Below, piece by piece: positions 50,046-61,722 of a DNA stretch of 64,000 nt. Source of the stretch: Prochlorococcus sp. AG-670-N10 (lineage in GTDB: Bacteria > Cyanobacteriota > Cyanobacteriia > PCC-6307 > Cyanobiaceae); assembly GCA_003209065.1 (NCBI GenBank), contig QCSX01000004.1:1328-65327 (forward strand). Direction: 5' to 3'. How positions within the stretch are numbered: the first letter of the stretch is position 1; every line of letters starts with the position of its first letter. The notes under the pieces are model-generated. The model was not told where the DNA came from and searched no databases. It saw only the letters and a program-made list of their open reading frames with translations. Both the position numbers and the translations under genes were made by a program.

Positions 50046-50948
50046 ATGAAAAAAAAGTTATTGCTCTTTGTATTTTCTTTTCTAATATTTCTTACCGCAA
50101 ATTCTTGCAAAAGGACTGCGTTTGAAAAAGAAACTAACAAAGAAATAATTTTGGCAAGTTTTACAGTCCTGGCAGATATTATTGAAAATGTTGCTAAAGA
50201 TGAGTTTGTTGTTAAATCAATTACTAAACCAGGAGTTGAAGTTCATGGTTATCAGCCAACTCCAAGTGATCTTATAAAAGCTTCCAAAGCCTTTGTTTTT
50301 TTTGATAATGGATTTGGATTTGAATTGTGGGCTGAGAAATTTGTTTCAAACTTACAAATTAAGAGAGTAACTATTTCAAATAGATTAGAACCGATTTTTA
50401 TAAGTGAAGATTTCTATAAAGGTAAACCTAATCCTCATGCGTGGATTTCTCCTAAAAGGGGAATGATTTATGTAGATGTTATCGTTGATTCTTTATCAGA
50501 ACTAAAACCATCGGAAGCAGAATCATTTAAAAATAACGGACAAATTTACAAGAATAAAATCGCTAAAATAGATAAAGATTTTTCACTTTTTATTAATAAT
50601 CTTGAGAAAAATAATAGGTATCTAGTAACTTGTGAAGGGGCATTCTCTTATCTCACAAATGATTACGGATTAAAAGAAGCTTATTTATGGCCAGTTAATG
50701 CTGAAAGTCAAATTACACCTAAAAGAATGGCAAGAACAATTTCTTTGGTAAAAAATAAAAATATCCCATCAGTCTTTTGTGAAAGCACTGTAAGTAATAA
50801 ATCACAAATGGTTGTTGCCAGTGAAACAGGAGCAAAGTTTGGGGGAGATCTTTTTGTTGATTCCCTTTCTCATGATAATAAGAGTGCTAATACTTATTTA
50901 AAAATGCTTCAACATAATTTGACTCTTATTAAAATAGGCCTCAATTAA
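50046..50948 (+). CDS. mntC: Mn/Zn/Fe ABC transporter substrate-binding protein (MntC-like)
   Basis: ATG at 50046 gives a signal peptide; metal ligands VHGYQPTP, NPHAW, TCEGAFSY, FVDSL (His/His/Glu/Asp, Mn-type); paired Cys in CEGAF and VFCEST. Confidence 0.85.
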   Translation: MKKKLLLFVFSFLIFLTANSCKRTAFEKETNKEIILASFTVLADIIENVAKDEFVVKSITKPGVEVHGYQPTPSDLIKASKAFVFFDNGFGFELWAEKFVSNLQIKRVTISNRLEPIFISEDFYKGKPNPHAWISPKRGMIYVDVIVDSLSELKPSEAESFKNNGQIYKNKIAKIDKDFSLFINNLEKNNRYLVTCEGAFSYLTNDYGLKEAYLWPVNAESQITPKRMARTISLVKNKNIPSVFCESTVSNKSQMVVASETGAKFGGDLFVDSLSHDNKSANTYLKMLQHNLTLIKIGLN

Positions 50949-50952
50949 AAAT

Positions 50953-51717
50953 ATGGATGAACTTAATTATAAAAGTTATAGAATTGATGCAGAAAATATC
51001 TGTGTTGATTATCACGGAAAAGTTGCTTTATATGATGCGAATTTAAGATTAAAGGCTGGACAAATTTGTGGATTAGTAGGAATGAATGGTGCGGGGAAAA
51101 CAACTTTTTTTAACGCCTTAACTGGTTTTGTAAATATCTCAAAAGGTAAAATAAGAATAAATGGTGAGTCTTTAAGAATTGCTCAACAAGATCAGTCAAT
51201 TGCATATGTTCCTCAAAGTGAAGGAATTGATAGTCAATTTCCAGTAAGTGTATGGGATGTTGTAATGATGGGTCGATATGGGTCAATGAATATTCTGAGA
51301 TCGCCAAGAGAATCAGATATTCAAGCTGTTAAGGATGCTATAGAAAGAGTTGATCTTATGGAACTTTCATCTACCCCAATTGCCAATTTATCTGGGGGAC
51401 AAAGGAAAAGAACTTTTTTAGCAAGAGCTATTGCACAACGGGCATCAATACTATTACTTGATGAACCCTTCGCAGGAGTTGATATTAGAACTGAGAAACT
51501 TATCTCAGAATTATTTATTCAATTTAAAAATGAGGGAAAAACAATTTTGCTATCTACTCATGATATGATTCATGTTCGTGAATTTTGTGATTTAGTTCTT
51601 TTAATAAATAAGACAGTTGTTGCATATGGAGAGACTTCGGAAGTATTTACCCCAGAAAATATTACAAGTACTTTTGGAGGGATGTCGCCAGATGTCTTGT
51701 TTGGACCTGAATCTTAA
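50953..51717 (+). CDS. mntA: Metal ABC transporter ATP-binding protein
   Basis: GMNGAGKT, AYVPQ, LSGGQRKR, LLLDEPFAGVD, STHD. Confidence 0.85.
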   Translation: MDELNYKSYRIDAENICVDYHGKVALYDANLRLKAGQICGLVGMNGAGKTTFFNALTGFVNISKGKIRINGESLRIAQQDQSIAYVPQSEGIDSQFPVSVWDVVMMGRYGSMNILRSPRESDIQAVKDAIERVDLMELSSTPIANLSGGQRKRTFLARAIAQRASILLLDEPFAGVDIRTEKLISELFIQFKNEGKTILLSTHDMIHVREFCDLVLLINKTVVAYGETSEVFTPENITSTFGGMSPDVLFGPES

Positions 51718-51728
51718 AATCTAGTTTT

Positions 51729-52601
51729 ATGGATCTATGCTTTTTATCTACAAACATAACTTCTTTTGTAGCAGATCCTTTATCTCATGAATTTATGAGA
51801 AAAGCTCTATTGATGAGCTCATTAGTAGCAGCTGTTTGTGGATTTTTATCTAGTTATTTAACACTTAAAGGTTGGGCTTTAATGGGAGATGCGGTATCTC
51901 ACTCTGTAATGCCTGGTGTTGTTGTGGCTTATGCTTTGGGACTTCCTTTCTCGCTTGGGGCTTTCATTTTTGGAGTGGGTTCTGTAGCTTTAATAGGCTT
52001 TGTTAAACAAAAATCCAGAGTTAAAGAAGATACCGTAATTGGCTTGGTTTTTACAGGTTTTTTTGCTCTTGGAATAGTTTTAGTTTCAAAGATTAAAAGT
52101 AATATTGATCTTCACTCAATTCTTTTTGGTAGCCCTCTAGGGATCTCTCTCTCAGATGTAAAACAGACGGTATTTATTTCTCTATTAGTGGTAATACTAT
52201 TGTCAGTTTTTAGGAAAGACTTAATACTTTATTGTTTTGATCCAAGACACGCAAAAACAGTAGGAATTAATGTCTTATTTCTTCATTATTTATTACTTAC
52301 ATGCTTGTCTTTAGCGGCTGTAGTTGGATTACAATCTGTTGGAATAGTTCTGGTTGTTGCAATGCTGATTACTCCTGGTGCAACGGCATATTTATTAACA
52401 GATAAGTTTGATAATATGACCATCATTTCAGTAATTAGTGCAATTATTTCAAGTGTATTAGGGATTTATTTTAGCTTTTGGTTTGATCTTGAAACTGGCG
52501 GCTCAATTGTATTAGTTCAAACATTTATATTTTTATTTGCTTTTTTATTTGCTCCAAGATACGGGATATTTAAATTTAAAAAATTATTTTCTAGTTATTA
52601 G
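51729..52601 (+). CDS. mntB: Metal ABC transporter permease
   Basis: LKGWALMGDAVSHSVMPG, EDTVIG, LFG, FD...A...G, VGIVLVVAMLITPGATA. Confidence 0.85.
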   Translation: MDLCFLSTNITSFVADPLSHEFMRKALLMSSLVAAVCGFLSSYLTLKGWALMGDAVSHSVMPGVVVAYALGLPFSLGAFIFGVGSVALIGFVKQKSRVKEDTVIGLVFTGFFALGIVLVSKIKSNIDLHSILFGSPLGISLSDVKQTVFISLLVVILLSVFRKDLILYCFDPRHAKTVGINVLFLHYLLLTCLSLAAVVGLQSVGIVLVVAMLITPGATAYLLTDKFDNMTIISVISAIISSVLGIYFSFWFDLETGGSIVLVQTFIFLFAFLFAPRYGIFKFKKLFSSY

Positions 52602-52607
52602 TGAAAA

Positions 52608-53774
52608 ATGGAAAATTACCTAAATAATAAAAGTTGGAATTGGTGGCCTTTATTTCCCCTATATCCATATGGAAAAAAGAAAACTATTCTTAGAGAAATA
52701 ATTCCTAACGAAATATGGTCCTTGGAACAGATTCAGGGTTTATATTATGTTGCAGTGCCAATCAGAATGACAATAATTAAGGTTAATAATGGACTAATGC
52801 TAATTAACCCTTTACCTCCTACGAAGGAACTTGTAAATGCATTAGAAGAATTAATTTCCATTTATGGAAAAGTAAAAACAATTGTGCTCCCTAGTGCTTC
52901 TGGATTAGAACATAAAATTGGATTACCAGCATTAGTTAGAGTTTTCAAGGATGCTGAGATTTGGTTATGTCCTGGCCAATGGAGTTTTCCTATTAATCTT
53001 CCTTTAGATTTTCTTGGAATCCCGTCGAAACGGACAAAGATACTTTTTAAAGATGGAACTCCTTATGAAGAATGTTTTAAATGGTCTTCATTAGGGCCTT
53101 TGAATTTAGGACTTGGAACATACCAGGAGGTGAGTTGTTTTCATCTTTCAACAAGGACACTACATGTTACAGACGCTATAGTTGGCATCGAATCAACACC
53201 TCCAGAAATATTTGACTTCGATCCAACCCCTTTATTATTTCATTCGAGAGATCGAGGCGATGAACCTATTCTTGATAACGTTGAATCTAGAAAAAAAGGT
53301 TGGGCAAGAATTGTATTGTTTTCATCTTTTTTAAAACCAGGAAAATTAAATATTCCCTCTCTGAAACAAATTATCAAATACTCTTTTAAAGAAGGTCTTC
53401 GAAATAAGAAATCACATTTTGGAATTTACCCTTTTTTATGGGATGAAGATTGGGAATCATCTTTAGTTGAAATTATGGGTGAAAATATTCCAAAGATTCA
53501 AATTGCTCCTGTTTTGCAAAATTTAATATTTCCTAGATCAAAACAAGTACTTCTTGGATGGCTAGAAAAAATTAAAACTTATGAAAACATGGAATATTTG
53601 ATATCAGCTCATTATTCTGCCCCTATTAATTTCAAAGAAGAAAATTGTCAGAATTTGATAGATGAAATTAATTCAGATAAATGGAATAAATTACCAGATG
53701 ATAATAAATTCCTTGTTAATTTATATAAAAAATTATTTGAATTGGGGATAATTCCAAAAAAAGTAAATGTTTAG
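52608..53774 (+). CDS. DUF4336 family protein (metallo-beta-lactamase-like fold)
   Basis: W.WWP..PLYPYG, VPIRMT, P.ASGLEHK, PGQWSFP, TL.VTDA, ISAHY.AP. Confidence 0.78.
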   Translation: MENYLNNKSWNWWPLFPLYPYGKKKTILREIIPNEIWSLEQIQGLYYVAVPIRMTIIKVNNGLMLINPLPPTKELVNALEELISIYGKVKTIVLPSASGLEHKIGLPALVRVFKDAEIWLCPGQWSFPINLPLDFLGIPSKRTKILFKDGTPYEECFKWSSLGPLNLGLGTYQEVSCFHLSTRTLHVTDAIVGIESTPPEIFDFDPTPLLFHSRDRGDEPILDNVESRKKGWARIVLFSSFLKPGKLNIPSLKQIIKYSFKEGLRNKKSHFGIYPFLWDEDWESSLVEIMGENIPKIQIAPVLQNLIFPRSKQVLLGWLEKIKTYENMEYLISAHYSAPINFKEENCQNLIDEINSDKWNKLPDDNKFLVNLYKKLFELGIIPKKVNV

Positions 53775-53778
53775 AGAT

Positions 53779-54117
53779 TTATTCTTCCTCAATGGCCATT
53801 TCTTCATCACTTTTTAGTGTTTGTTCAAGCTCTTTCCTTTGCTCCATTTGTCTCAAGAAATATCCTGTCATCATTGCAGAAGAAAGTAAATTAGCGATAT
53901 TATCTTTTGAAGATGTTATTTTTACATCAAATTGATCAGATGGCAACATCCCTAGAAGACCTTGAACATTGTGCCTTATTATTTCTTGAATATCTTCACT
54001 AGCCGATTTGGCTACTCTCTGCAAAACTTCTGGAGACTGTTTTTGTAGATATTGAATCAAATCATTCTCATCATTTGGATCATTATTTTCAGTAGCTAGA
54101 AATTCAGGATTGAACAT
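53779..54117 (-). CDS. DUF760 family protein
   Basis: N.L.QYLQ.QSPE.L.RVA, NVQGLLG.LP...F.V.I, L.SAMMTGYFLRQMEQR. Confidence 0.85.
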   Translation of the reverse strand: MFNPEFLATENNDPNDENDLIQYLQKQSPEVLQRVAKSASEDIQEIIRHNVQGLLGMLPSDQFDVKITSSKDNIANLLSSAMMTGYFLRQMEQRKELEQTLKSDEEMAIEEE

Positions 54118-54162
54118 TTATGCATCTTCAACTTATAAAAACCTTACAACACCATGAACCCT

Positions 54163-54747
54163 TTAACCTACATTATTAAGACCAGGGAACCGAATAGGAC
54201 CAATTTTATTTAATGGCCAATATCTAAAAATAGCCTTTCCTATTACTTTTTCATAAGGAAGAAATCCCCATATATGTGAATCCATACTGTTATTTCTGTT
54301 ATCTCCCATTACCCATAGTGATTTCTCAGGAACATAATATGGACCTGTCGAATAGTTGATGTTCTTATCAGAAATATAATTATTTTGAGCAATATCATTT
54401 AAATATAAATTACCTTCTTTTACTTCTACTTTATCTCCAGGGACCCCAATTACCCTTTTGATTAACGCAATATCTGATTCATACCCAGCTTCAATTAATT
54501 GTTCTGGAACATTAAAAACAATGATTTTATTTTTTAATTTAGATAAGTTTGATTTAGAGGTTATTTTTGGAGTTAACTTTTCAACTAATATTTTGTCTTG
54601 GATTTGAAGGGTCGGGAGCATAGATCCTGAGGGAATCCACCTTGGTTCGATTACTTGCCATCGTATAATTAAAGCAATTATTATCCAAATAAAAAGATTT
54701 TTAAAATCATTTAGTATTGAACTTTTTTTCCCTGCTGGATTTTGCAT
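54163..54747 (-). CDS. lepB: Signal peptidase I
   Basis: IPSGSMLPTL (Ser), IKRVIG.PGD (Lys), MGDNRNNSMDSH.WG. Confidence 0.95.
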   Translation of the reverse strand: MQNPAGKKSSILNDFKNLFIWIIIALIIRWQVIEPRWIPSGSMLPTLQIQDKILVEKLTPKITSKSNLSKLKNKIIVFNVPEQLIEAGYESDIALIKRVIGVPGDKVEVKEGNLYLNDIAQNNYISDKNINYSTGPYYVPEKSLWVMGDNRNNSMDSHIWGFLPYEKVIGKAIFRYWPLNKIGPIRFPGLNNVG

Positions 54748-54797
54748 TATTTAATTATTTATTTGTAAAAAGAAATTTTAAAGTATTTATATAAATT

Positions 54798-56597
54798 ATG
54801 ACATCATCTATAGAATGCCAAAATTTCTTTAGAAGTTTACAACTTTTAGATCTTTTTACAAAAATAGGGGTTAAAAATTTAATTTTATGTCCAGGCAGTA
54901 GATCAGCTCCTTTAGCAATAGCCGCAGGAGAGTTAAATAAACGTAGGATCTTAAATGTATTTAATTCCATAGACGAGAGATCTGCTGGGTTTCATTCACT
55001 TGGAATTTCTACTGCATCTGGAGATGTTTCATTAGTTGTTACGACATCTGGAACCGCAGTTGGTAATTTATTGCCTGCAGCCATTGAAGCAGATAAATCA
55101 TGTAAATCAATTGTATTTATAACAGCTGATAGACCTTCAAGGTTAAAAAATTGTGGTTCTAATCAAACAGTAAATCAAGAGGAATTTTTGAATTCAGTTT
55201 GTAGAAGTAATTTGAGTACTAATTTAAATGGAATTCATGAAAATAATGATGATGACATTTTGAAAATAGTAGAAACTATAAAAAAACAAATACTCCAATC
55301 GCCTGGACCTATTCATTTAAATATTCCATTTGAAAAACCTTTAGATATATCTTTGAATAATAAAAAAAAGAATTTCGAGGTTTTTGAAAGATTTTATTTA
55401 AAAAAAACCTATCAATTCTTAAAAAATGATAATCAGAACAAAAATATTCAATTTTCTGAAAAATGTTTTAAAAGGATAAATTTGTCTAATCCTGGAATTA
55501 TTATTGTTGGCCCATATCAGGGTTCTACTAAAGATTTGGATTCTTTTAATAGTGCTTTAAAAAAATTACAAGAAATTACAGGATGGCCTGTTCTTGTTGA
55601 TCCTGTTTCAGGCGTTTCAGCTGAATTGAGAGGTTTAGTTGAAAATTGGGAATTAATTCTTAAAACAAATAAAAATATTATTCAATGTGATCAGATCTTG
55701 AGGCTTGGTCCTCTTTCATCTTCTAATGATTTAGAGGATTTTTTATTAAATTTTGAAGGGTTACAAATTCTTGTAAAAGAAAATAATATAAGAAAACTAG
55801 ATCCTATAAAAAAATCTTTAGAATATGATTTTGGAATAAGAAATTTTGTTAACCAACTTTTAGGAGCATCTTCAAATGACAATAAAAAGATTAAACCTTT
55901 AATCAATTTGGGAAAAATCTTAATCAAAGAAGGGGCAAAAATAAAGGAAATTTTAAAAGAACAAGTATTTTCAAATACTGAAATAACAGAATATAAACTT
56001 GCAAATTTTGTACCAAAAATTTGGCCAGAAAATTATCCTATTATGCTCTCAGCTAGTAGTCCTATTAGAGATTGGCTCACATTCTCTGAAAATGCGACTT
56101 TAACAAGGGAATGTTTCAGCTTCAGAGGGGCTTCAGGTATAGATGGCACTTTATCACTTGCTTTAGGTATTGCAAGAATAACTAAACCTTTACTTCTGGT
56201 AACTGGAGATTTGGCATTAATTCATGATATCAATGGGTTTCTCATTGAAAATGCAATTGAATTAAATTTAACTATCTTATTAATCAACAATAATGGTGGA
56301 AATATATTTAATAATTTATATAAAAATAATTTAGAAGAAGAGGAATTAAAGAAACTTTTCATAATGCCTAAATCTATAAATTGGGAAAACCTAGCAAAAG
56401 GTTATCAAGTACCAATTAAAAATGTTTCAGATTTGAATAAGTTAAGAGAAGCTTTTGAATGGAGCCTTTCTATGCAAAAATCAGTAATAATTAAAGTCGA
56501 TATTAATGTTGAAAACGAAATGAAAGGAAGAAATTTAATCTTAAAAAAATTCTCACAAGTTAATGAATTTACTTTTTCAAACTATCTAAATCTATGA
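54798..56597 (+). CDS. menD: SEPHCHC synthase (phylloquinone/menaquinone biosynthesis)
   Basis: [52 protein letters not shown]...NNNGGNIF ThDP motif. Confidence 0.95.
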   Translation: MTSSIECQNFFRSLQLLDLFTKIGVKNLILCPGSRSAPLAIAAGELNKRRILNVFNSIDERSAGFHSLGISTASGDVSLVVTTSGTAVGNLLPAAIEADKSCKSIVFITADRPSRLKNCGSNQTVNQEEFLNSVCRSNLSTNLNGIHENNDDDILKIVETIKKQILQSPGPIHLNIPFEKPLDISLNNKKKNFEVFERFYLKKTYQFLKNDNQNKNIQFSEKCFKRINLSNPGIIIVGPYQGSTKDLDSFNSALKKLQEITGWPVLVDPVSGVSAELRGLVENWELILKTNKNIIQCDQILRLGPLSSSNDLEDFLLNFEGLQILVKENNIRKLDPIKKSLEYDFGIRNFVNQLLGASSNDNKKIKPLINLGKILIKEGAKIKEILKEQVFSNTEITEYKLANFVPKIWPENYPIMLSASSPIRDWLTFSENATLTRECFSFRGASGIDGTLSLALGIARITKPLLLVTGDLALIHDINGFLIENAIELNLTILLINNNGGNIFNNLYKNNLEEEELKKLFIMPKSINWENLAKGYQVPIKNVSDLNKLREAFEWSLSMQKSVIIKVDINVENEMKGRNLILKKFSQVNEFTFSNYLNL

Positions 56598-57451
56598 AAA
56601 TATTACCTGGAAAAACTAACTCAAATTGGACAGAATGGAAATCTTATGAAGATATCTTGTTTCATAATAGTGGAGATGGGATAGCAAGAATCGCAATTAA
56701 TCGACCTGAGAAAAGAAACGCATTTCGTCCAAAAACAGTTTGTGAGATGTTAGATGCTTTCAATCTTGTTAGAAACGATGAGAAGATCGGAGTTGTACTT
56801 CTAACAGGTGCAGGTCCAGATAAAAAAGGGGTGTTTTCGTTTTGTTCAGGAGGGGATCAAAGTATTAGAGGTCAAAATGGATACGAAGATGATGAGGGTA
56901 ATCAAAGACTAAATGTATTGGAATTGCAGAGGTTAATAAGAACTTTACCAAAAGTGGTTATAGCTTTAGTCCCCGGTTTCGCAATAGGGGGAGGGCAAGT
57001 TTTACAGCTTGTTTGTGATCTAAGTATTGCGTCTGAAAATGCAATATTTGGACAAACAGGTCCTAGAGTTGGGAGTTTTGATGCGGGATTTGGCTCAAGC
57101 TATTTAGCAAGATTAGTGGGACAAAGAAAGGCAAGGGAAATTTGGTTTTTATGTAGAAAATATAATTCGAAAGAAGCCTTAGAAATGGGATTAGTAAATG
57201 CGATTACAAAGATTGAAGAATTAGAAGCTGAGGGTGTAATCTGGGCAAGAGAGATTCTACGAAATAGTCCAACTGCTATTCGAATACTTAAGGCGTCATT
57301 TAATGCTGAGTGTGATGGGATAGCAGGTATTCAAGAATTATCTGGGTACACTACTCAGCTATTTTATTCGACGGATGAAGCACAAGAGGGCAGAGATGCC
57401 TTCCTTGAGAAACGTCCACCTGATTTTTCTGATTACGGATGGACTCCTTAA
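56594..57451 (+). CDS. menB: 1,4-dihydroxy-2-naphthoyl-CoA synthase
   Basis: [48 protein letters not shown]. Confidence 0.98.
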   Translation: MKILPGKTNSNWTEWKSYEDILFHNSGDGIARIAINRPEKRNAFRPKTVCEMLDAFNLVRNDEKIGVVLLTGAGPDKKGVFSFCSGGDQSIRGQNGYEDDEGNQRLNVLELQRLIRTLPKVVIALVPGFAIGGGQVLQLVCDLSIASENAIFGQTGPRVGSFDAGFGSSYLARLVGQRKAREIWFLCRKYNSKEALEMGLVNAITKIEELEAEGVIWAREILRNSPTAIRILKASFNAECDGIAGIQELSGYTTQLFYSTDEAQEGRDAFLEKRPPDFSDYGWTP

Positions 57452-57496
57452 TAGCTTCTTACTCTTTAAAAAGCACTTTTTATAATAAATAATCTA

Positions 57497-58948
57497 ATGA
57501 GAATTCTTCTTGCTGCTGCTGAATGCGCTCCAATGATCAAAGTTGGAGGCATGGGAGATGTAGTTGGTTCATTACCACCCTCATTGATAAAACTTGGTCA
57601 CGATGTAAGAGTTATAATCCCTGGCTATGGCAAATTATGGAATCTACTAGAAGTATCAAGCGAACCAGTATTTAGAGCAAATACTATGGGAAATGATTTC
57701 TCTGTGTATGAAGCAAAACATCCAATACATAATTACGTAATCTACCTAGTTGGACATCCAACTTTTGATTCGGGCCAAATATATGGAGGAGAAGATGAAG
57801 ACTGGCGATTTACATTTTTTGCTAGTGCTACTGCTGAATTTTCCTGGAATTATTGGAAGCCCCAAGTTCTACATTGCCATGATTGGCACACGGGTATGAT
57901 TCCAGTATGGATGCATCAAGATCCTGAAGTAAGTACTGTTTTTACGATACATAATTTAAAATATCAAGGACCATGGAGATGGAAGCTTGAAAAAATGACC
58001 TGGTGTCCATGGTATATGCATGGAGACCATACAATGGCCGCTGCAATGTTGTATGCAGATAGAGTTAATGCCGTTTCTCCAACATATGCTGATGAGATAA
58101 AAACTCATGAGTATGGAGAAAGTCTTGAGGGATTATTGAATTATATTTCTGGGAAATTAAGAGGTATCCTCAACGGGATTGATCTAAATGAATGGGATCC
58201 TGATAAAGATAAAGTGTTACCTGCACAATTCAATATTAAAAATTTAGAAAGCAGATCAGAAAATAAGATTATTCTTCAGAAAGAGATGGGACTTGAAGTC
58301 AATAGTAAAAAATATCTTTTAGGTATGGTAAGTAGGCTAGTGGACCAAAAAGGTGTTGATTTAGTTTTGCAAGTTTCCCGAAGATTACTCGCATATACAG
58401 ATTCTCAAATTGCTATTTTAGGTACAGGTGATAGATATTTAGAATCTGGATTATGGCAATTAGCCTTAGATTATCCTGGAAGATTTTCAGTGTTTCTTAC
58501 TTATGATGATTCTTTATCAAGGCTTATCTATGGAGGATCTGATGCATTCTTAATGCCAAGCCGATTTGAACCCTGCGGTATCAGTCAATTACTTGCCATG
58601 AGATATGGATCAATTCCAATAGTAAGAAGAGTTGGAGGCTTGGTTGATACTGTTTTGCCTCATGATCCAGAAAATAATAGTGGTACAGGTTTTTGTTTTG
58701 ATCGATTTGAACCGATTGACTTTTATACTGCTCTAGTAAGATCGTGGGAGGCATTTAGGCATAAAGATAGTTGGAAATCATTACAGCTCAGAGCTATGAG
58801 TCAAGAATTTAGTTGGCAGAGATCGGCATTAGAATATGAATCGATGTATAAAGATGTATGTGGCATAAAGGCGCCATCCCCGGATATTGCTGAAATTGAA
58901 AAGTTTTCTTATGGGCAATCTGCTGATCCTTCTCTTAAAAAAATGTGA
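57497..58948 (+). CDS. glgA: Glycogen synthase
   Basis: [49 protein letters not shown]. Confidence 0.97.
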   Translation: MRILLAAAECAPMIKVGGMGDVVGSLPPSLIKLGHDVRVIIPGYGKLWNLLEVSSEPVFRANTMGNDFSVYEAKHPIHNYVIYLVGHPTFDSGQIYGGEDEDWRFTFFASATAEFSWNYWKPQVLHCHDWHTGMIPVWMHQDPEVSTVFTIHNLKYQGPWRWKLEKMTWCPWYMHGDHTMAAAMLYADRVNAVSPTYADEIKTHEYGESLEGLLNYISGKLRGILNGIDLNEWDPDKDKVLPAQFNIKNLESRSENKIILQKEMGLEVNSKKYLLGMVSRLVDQKGVDLVLQVSRRLLAYTDSQIAILGTGDRYLESGLWQLALDYPGRFSVFLTYDDSLSRLIYGGSDAFLMPSRFEPCGISQLLAMRYGSIPIVRRVGGLVDTVLPHDPENNSGTGFCFDRFEPIDFYTALVRSWEAFRHKDSWKSLQLRAMSQEFSWQRSALEYESMYKDVCGIKAPSPDIAEIEKFSYGQSADPSLKKM

Positions 58949-58959
58949 TCTAAGTTTTA

Positions 58960-60330
58960 ATGGATTTTTCTGTACCTGATGTTAATAAGATTTTAGGTAA
59001 TATAAAAAATTGGGATAATCTTACAAATCAATTTCAAAGTTTTAAAAATATAAGTCTAGATAGTCGTACAATATTAAACCGCGAACTTTTTATTGCTATA
59101 AAAGGTACAAATTTTGATGGACATAATTTTCTTAATGAGGTTATAAAAAAAGGAGGAAAAGCTGTAGTAATAAAAGATGGGATGCAGAATTTATTACCTA
59201 ATAAGTTCCCTTTTTGGACCGTTCCAGATACTTTAGAGGCTTTTCAGAAATTAGCATTATTTAAAAGAAGAAAATTAAATATACCTGTTGTAGGAATTAC
59301 GGGATCAGTTGGTAAAACAACTACAAAAGAAATGATGGGAGAGGTTTTAAAGCAATTAGGAAAAATCAAATTAAGTCAGTTAAATTTTAATAATGAAATT
59401 GGGGTAGGCCTCACCATACTTGATTCTGACTTGAAAGATAAAACTTTAATACTTGAGATGGGAATGAGAGGCCTTGGGCAGATTGAAAATTTGTCCAAAT
59501 TTTCTGAACCTGATATCGCAGTTATTACAAATATTGGAAGCTCTCATATTGGAATACTAGGCTCAAAAGAAAATATCACTTATGCAAAATGCGAAATAAC
59601 TAAACATTTAAACCCAAAGGGCGTTGTAATTATTCCTGCAAACGATTTATTTTTAGAAGAAACTTTAAAAAGAAATTGGAATGGAAGAGTTATTAAAGTA
59701 GATTTACTAGATAAAAATCAAAAAGCTCAGAGTTTAAATAAAAGTAATTTGCAAGGATTTTATAATAGATCTAATAATTCTGTAATCATAGAAGATAAGA
59801 TCTTTGAAATATCTTTTCAAGGTTTTCATAATGCATTTAATTTCTTATTTGTATATGCGGTTGCAAAAGAGTTAGGAATAGAATTCAAAGATACTAACAA
59901 ATTTAATTTTGTCAGTTTAAATGGAAGGAATAAAATTCTCAAATCAAATAGGACTACCATATATGATGAAACTTATAATGCTTCTCCTGAATCTGTAAAA
60001 GCATGTATTGATAATTTATTAAACAATCCAAATAATCATTTTCTAATTTTTGGGAGTATGCAGGAATTAGGTAATAAAAGTAAAAAATATCATAAGGATC
60101 TTTTTGATTTTATAAATAGATCAGATATAAAAAAATGTATTTTTATCTGTGATAAAAATGATGAAATCTATTATGCAGACTATTTAAAAAATAGTACTAA
60201 ATTCTTATTCTTTAATGGGATTAATAAAGTTGGAGAAACTATAAATAAATATACAAAAAGGGGTGATTTCATCCTTATTAAAGGTAGCCGTAGTTGGCAG
60301 CTTGAAAGAGTTATTAAATCAATTTATTAA
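58960..60330 (+). CDS. murF: UDP-N-acetylmuramoyl-tripeptide--D-alanyl-D-alanine ligase
   Basis: [51 protein letters not shown]. Confidence 0.94.
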   Translation: MDFSVPDVNKILGNIKNWDNLTNQFQSFKNISLDSRTILNRELFIAIKGTNFDGHNFLNEVIKKGGKAVVIKDGMQNLLPNKFPFWTVPDTLEAFQKLALFKRRKLNIPVVGITGSVGKTTTKEMMGEVLKQLGKIKLSQLNFNNEIGVGLTILDSDLKDKTLILEMGMRGLGQIENLSKFSEPDIAVITNIGSSHIGILGSKENITYAKCEITKHLNPKGVVIIPANDLFLEETLKRNWNGRVIKVDLLDKNQKAQSLNKSNLQGFYNRSNNSVIIEDKIFEISFQGFHNAFNFLFVYAVAKELGIEFKDTNKFNFVSLNGRNKILKSNRTTIYDETYNASPESVKACIDNLLNNPNNHFLIFGSMQELGNKSKKYHKDLFDFINRSDIKKCIFICDKNDEIYYADYLKNSTKFLFFNGINKVGETINKYTKRGDFILIKGSRSWQLERVIKSIY

Positions 60331-61682
60331 TTTTGGGATTTGTTTTTTTTCCAATTTTCAATATTTATTTGTTTGCTTCTCGCAATAGCTAAGGAATTAT
60401 TTTGAGAATCTTTAGTAATTACTGAGCCTGCTCCAGTAGTAACTGAGTCGCCAAGATTGATAGGCGCTATTAAAACTGTATTGGCTCCAATACTAGAGTT
60501 TCTCCCAATATTAGTTTGATATTTTTTGGTGCCATCAAAATTTGCTGTAATAGTTCCTGCTCCTATGTTGGTATATTTACCAACTTTAGAATCGCCAATA
60601 TAACTTAGATGATTAACCTTAACTTCTTTATCTAATTGGCTATTTTTTATCTCAACAAAATTACCAATTTTGCCATAAGAGTAAATTTCACTATTAGGTC
60701 TTATATGGCTATAAGGACCAATTTTTACATGGTCCATTATTTTTGAATTAAAAATAGTTGAATTTATAATTTCGCAATTATCATTAACTATCGTATCTTT
60801 TATGAAAGTATTTGGGCCGATTTTACAATTATTAGAAATCTTAGTGTTTCCTCTTATATGTGTGTTAGCTTCGATTATTACATCTAATCCTATTATTGAC
60901 TCTTCACTTATTGTGCAACTCGCTGGATTAATAAAAGTCACTCCTCCAGTCATATGTTTCTTTTTAATTAAGGATTGAATAGTCTCTTCGCATTCTGATA
61001 ATTGCACTCTGTTATTGATTCCTTGAAGTTCTCCGTTATCTTCGACTTCAAAGCTATAAGAATTTTTCAGTAAGGTAATAGCGTCAGTTAGATATATTTC
61101 TTTTTGTTTATTATTACTTTTCAAAGAATTAATTATCTTTGACAAACTTTTCCAACTAAAGCAGTAAATTCCAGCATTCGTCAATAAATTTGAACGTTCA
61201 TCTTTATTGCAATCTTTTTCTTCGACTATCCTTTCAATTAAATTATCTTCCGTAAATACTCTTCCATAGCCATGAGGATTTTTTTTCTTAGTTGTTATTA
61301 AGGAAACATCGGCTGATTTTGAGTCATGATATTTAATAAGTTCTTTCAAAGTTTTAGCTTTGATAAGTGGCACATCTCCATTCAGAACCATCAAATTGCC
61401 TTCATGTTTTTTTACTTGCTTGGAAAGAACTTGAATCGCATGTCCTGTTCCTTTTTGTGGATTTTGAACAATAAAGTGAATGTTTTTATTTTTAATTATT
61501 GAATCTTCAACCTCCTTTGATTTGTGCCCAACTATGATAAATATTTTATGTGGTTTTAATTCATTACAAGAATTGATAACTCTTTGAAGGAGAGTTTTTC
61601 CAGATAATTTATGTAAGACTTTGGGAAGTGAGCTCGCCATCCTAGTACCCTTACCTGCAGCTAATATCGCAACAGTTAACAT
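60327..61682 (-). CDS. glmU: Bifunctional GlcNAc-1-P uridyltransferase / glucosamine-1-P acetyltransferase
   Basis: [25 protein letters not shown], hexapeptide repeats, [25 protein letters not shown]. Confidence 0.97.
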   Translation of the reverse strand: MLTVAILAAGKGTRMASSLPKVLHKLSGKTLLQRVINSCNELKPHKIFIIVGHKSKEVEDSIIKNKNIHFIVQNPQKGTGHAIQVLSKQVKKHEGNLMVLNGDVPLIKAKTLKELIKYHDSKSADVSLITTKKKNPHGYGRVFTEDNLIERIVEEKDCNKDERSNLLTNAGIYCFSWKSLSKIINSLKSNNKQKEIYLTDAITLLKNSYSFEVEDNGELQGINNRVQLSECEETIQSLIKKKHMTGGVTFINPASCTISEESIIGLDVIIEANTHIRGNTKISNNCKIGPNTFIKDTIVNDNCEIINSTIFNSKIMDHVKIGPYSHIRPNSEIYSYGKIGNFVEIKNSQLDKEVKVNHLSYIGDSKVGKYTNIGAGTITANFDGTKKYQTNIGRNSSIGANTVLIAPINLGDSVTTGAGSVITKDSQNNSLAIARSKQINIENWKKNKSQN

Positions 61683-61722
61683 ATTTATTAAGATGTTTTA
61701 TTTAAATTTTACTGTCTAAGTT

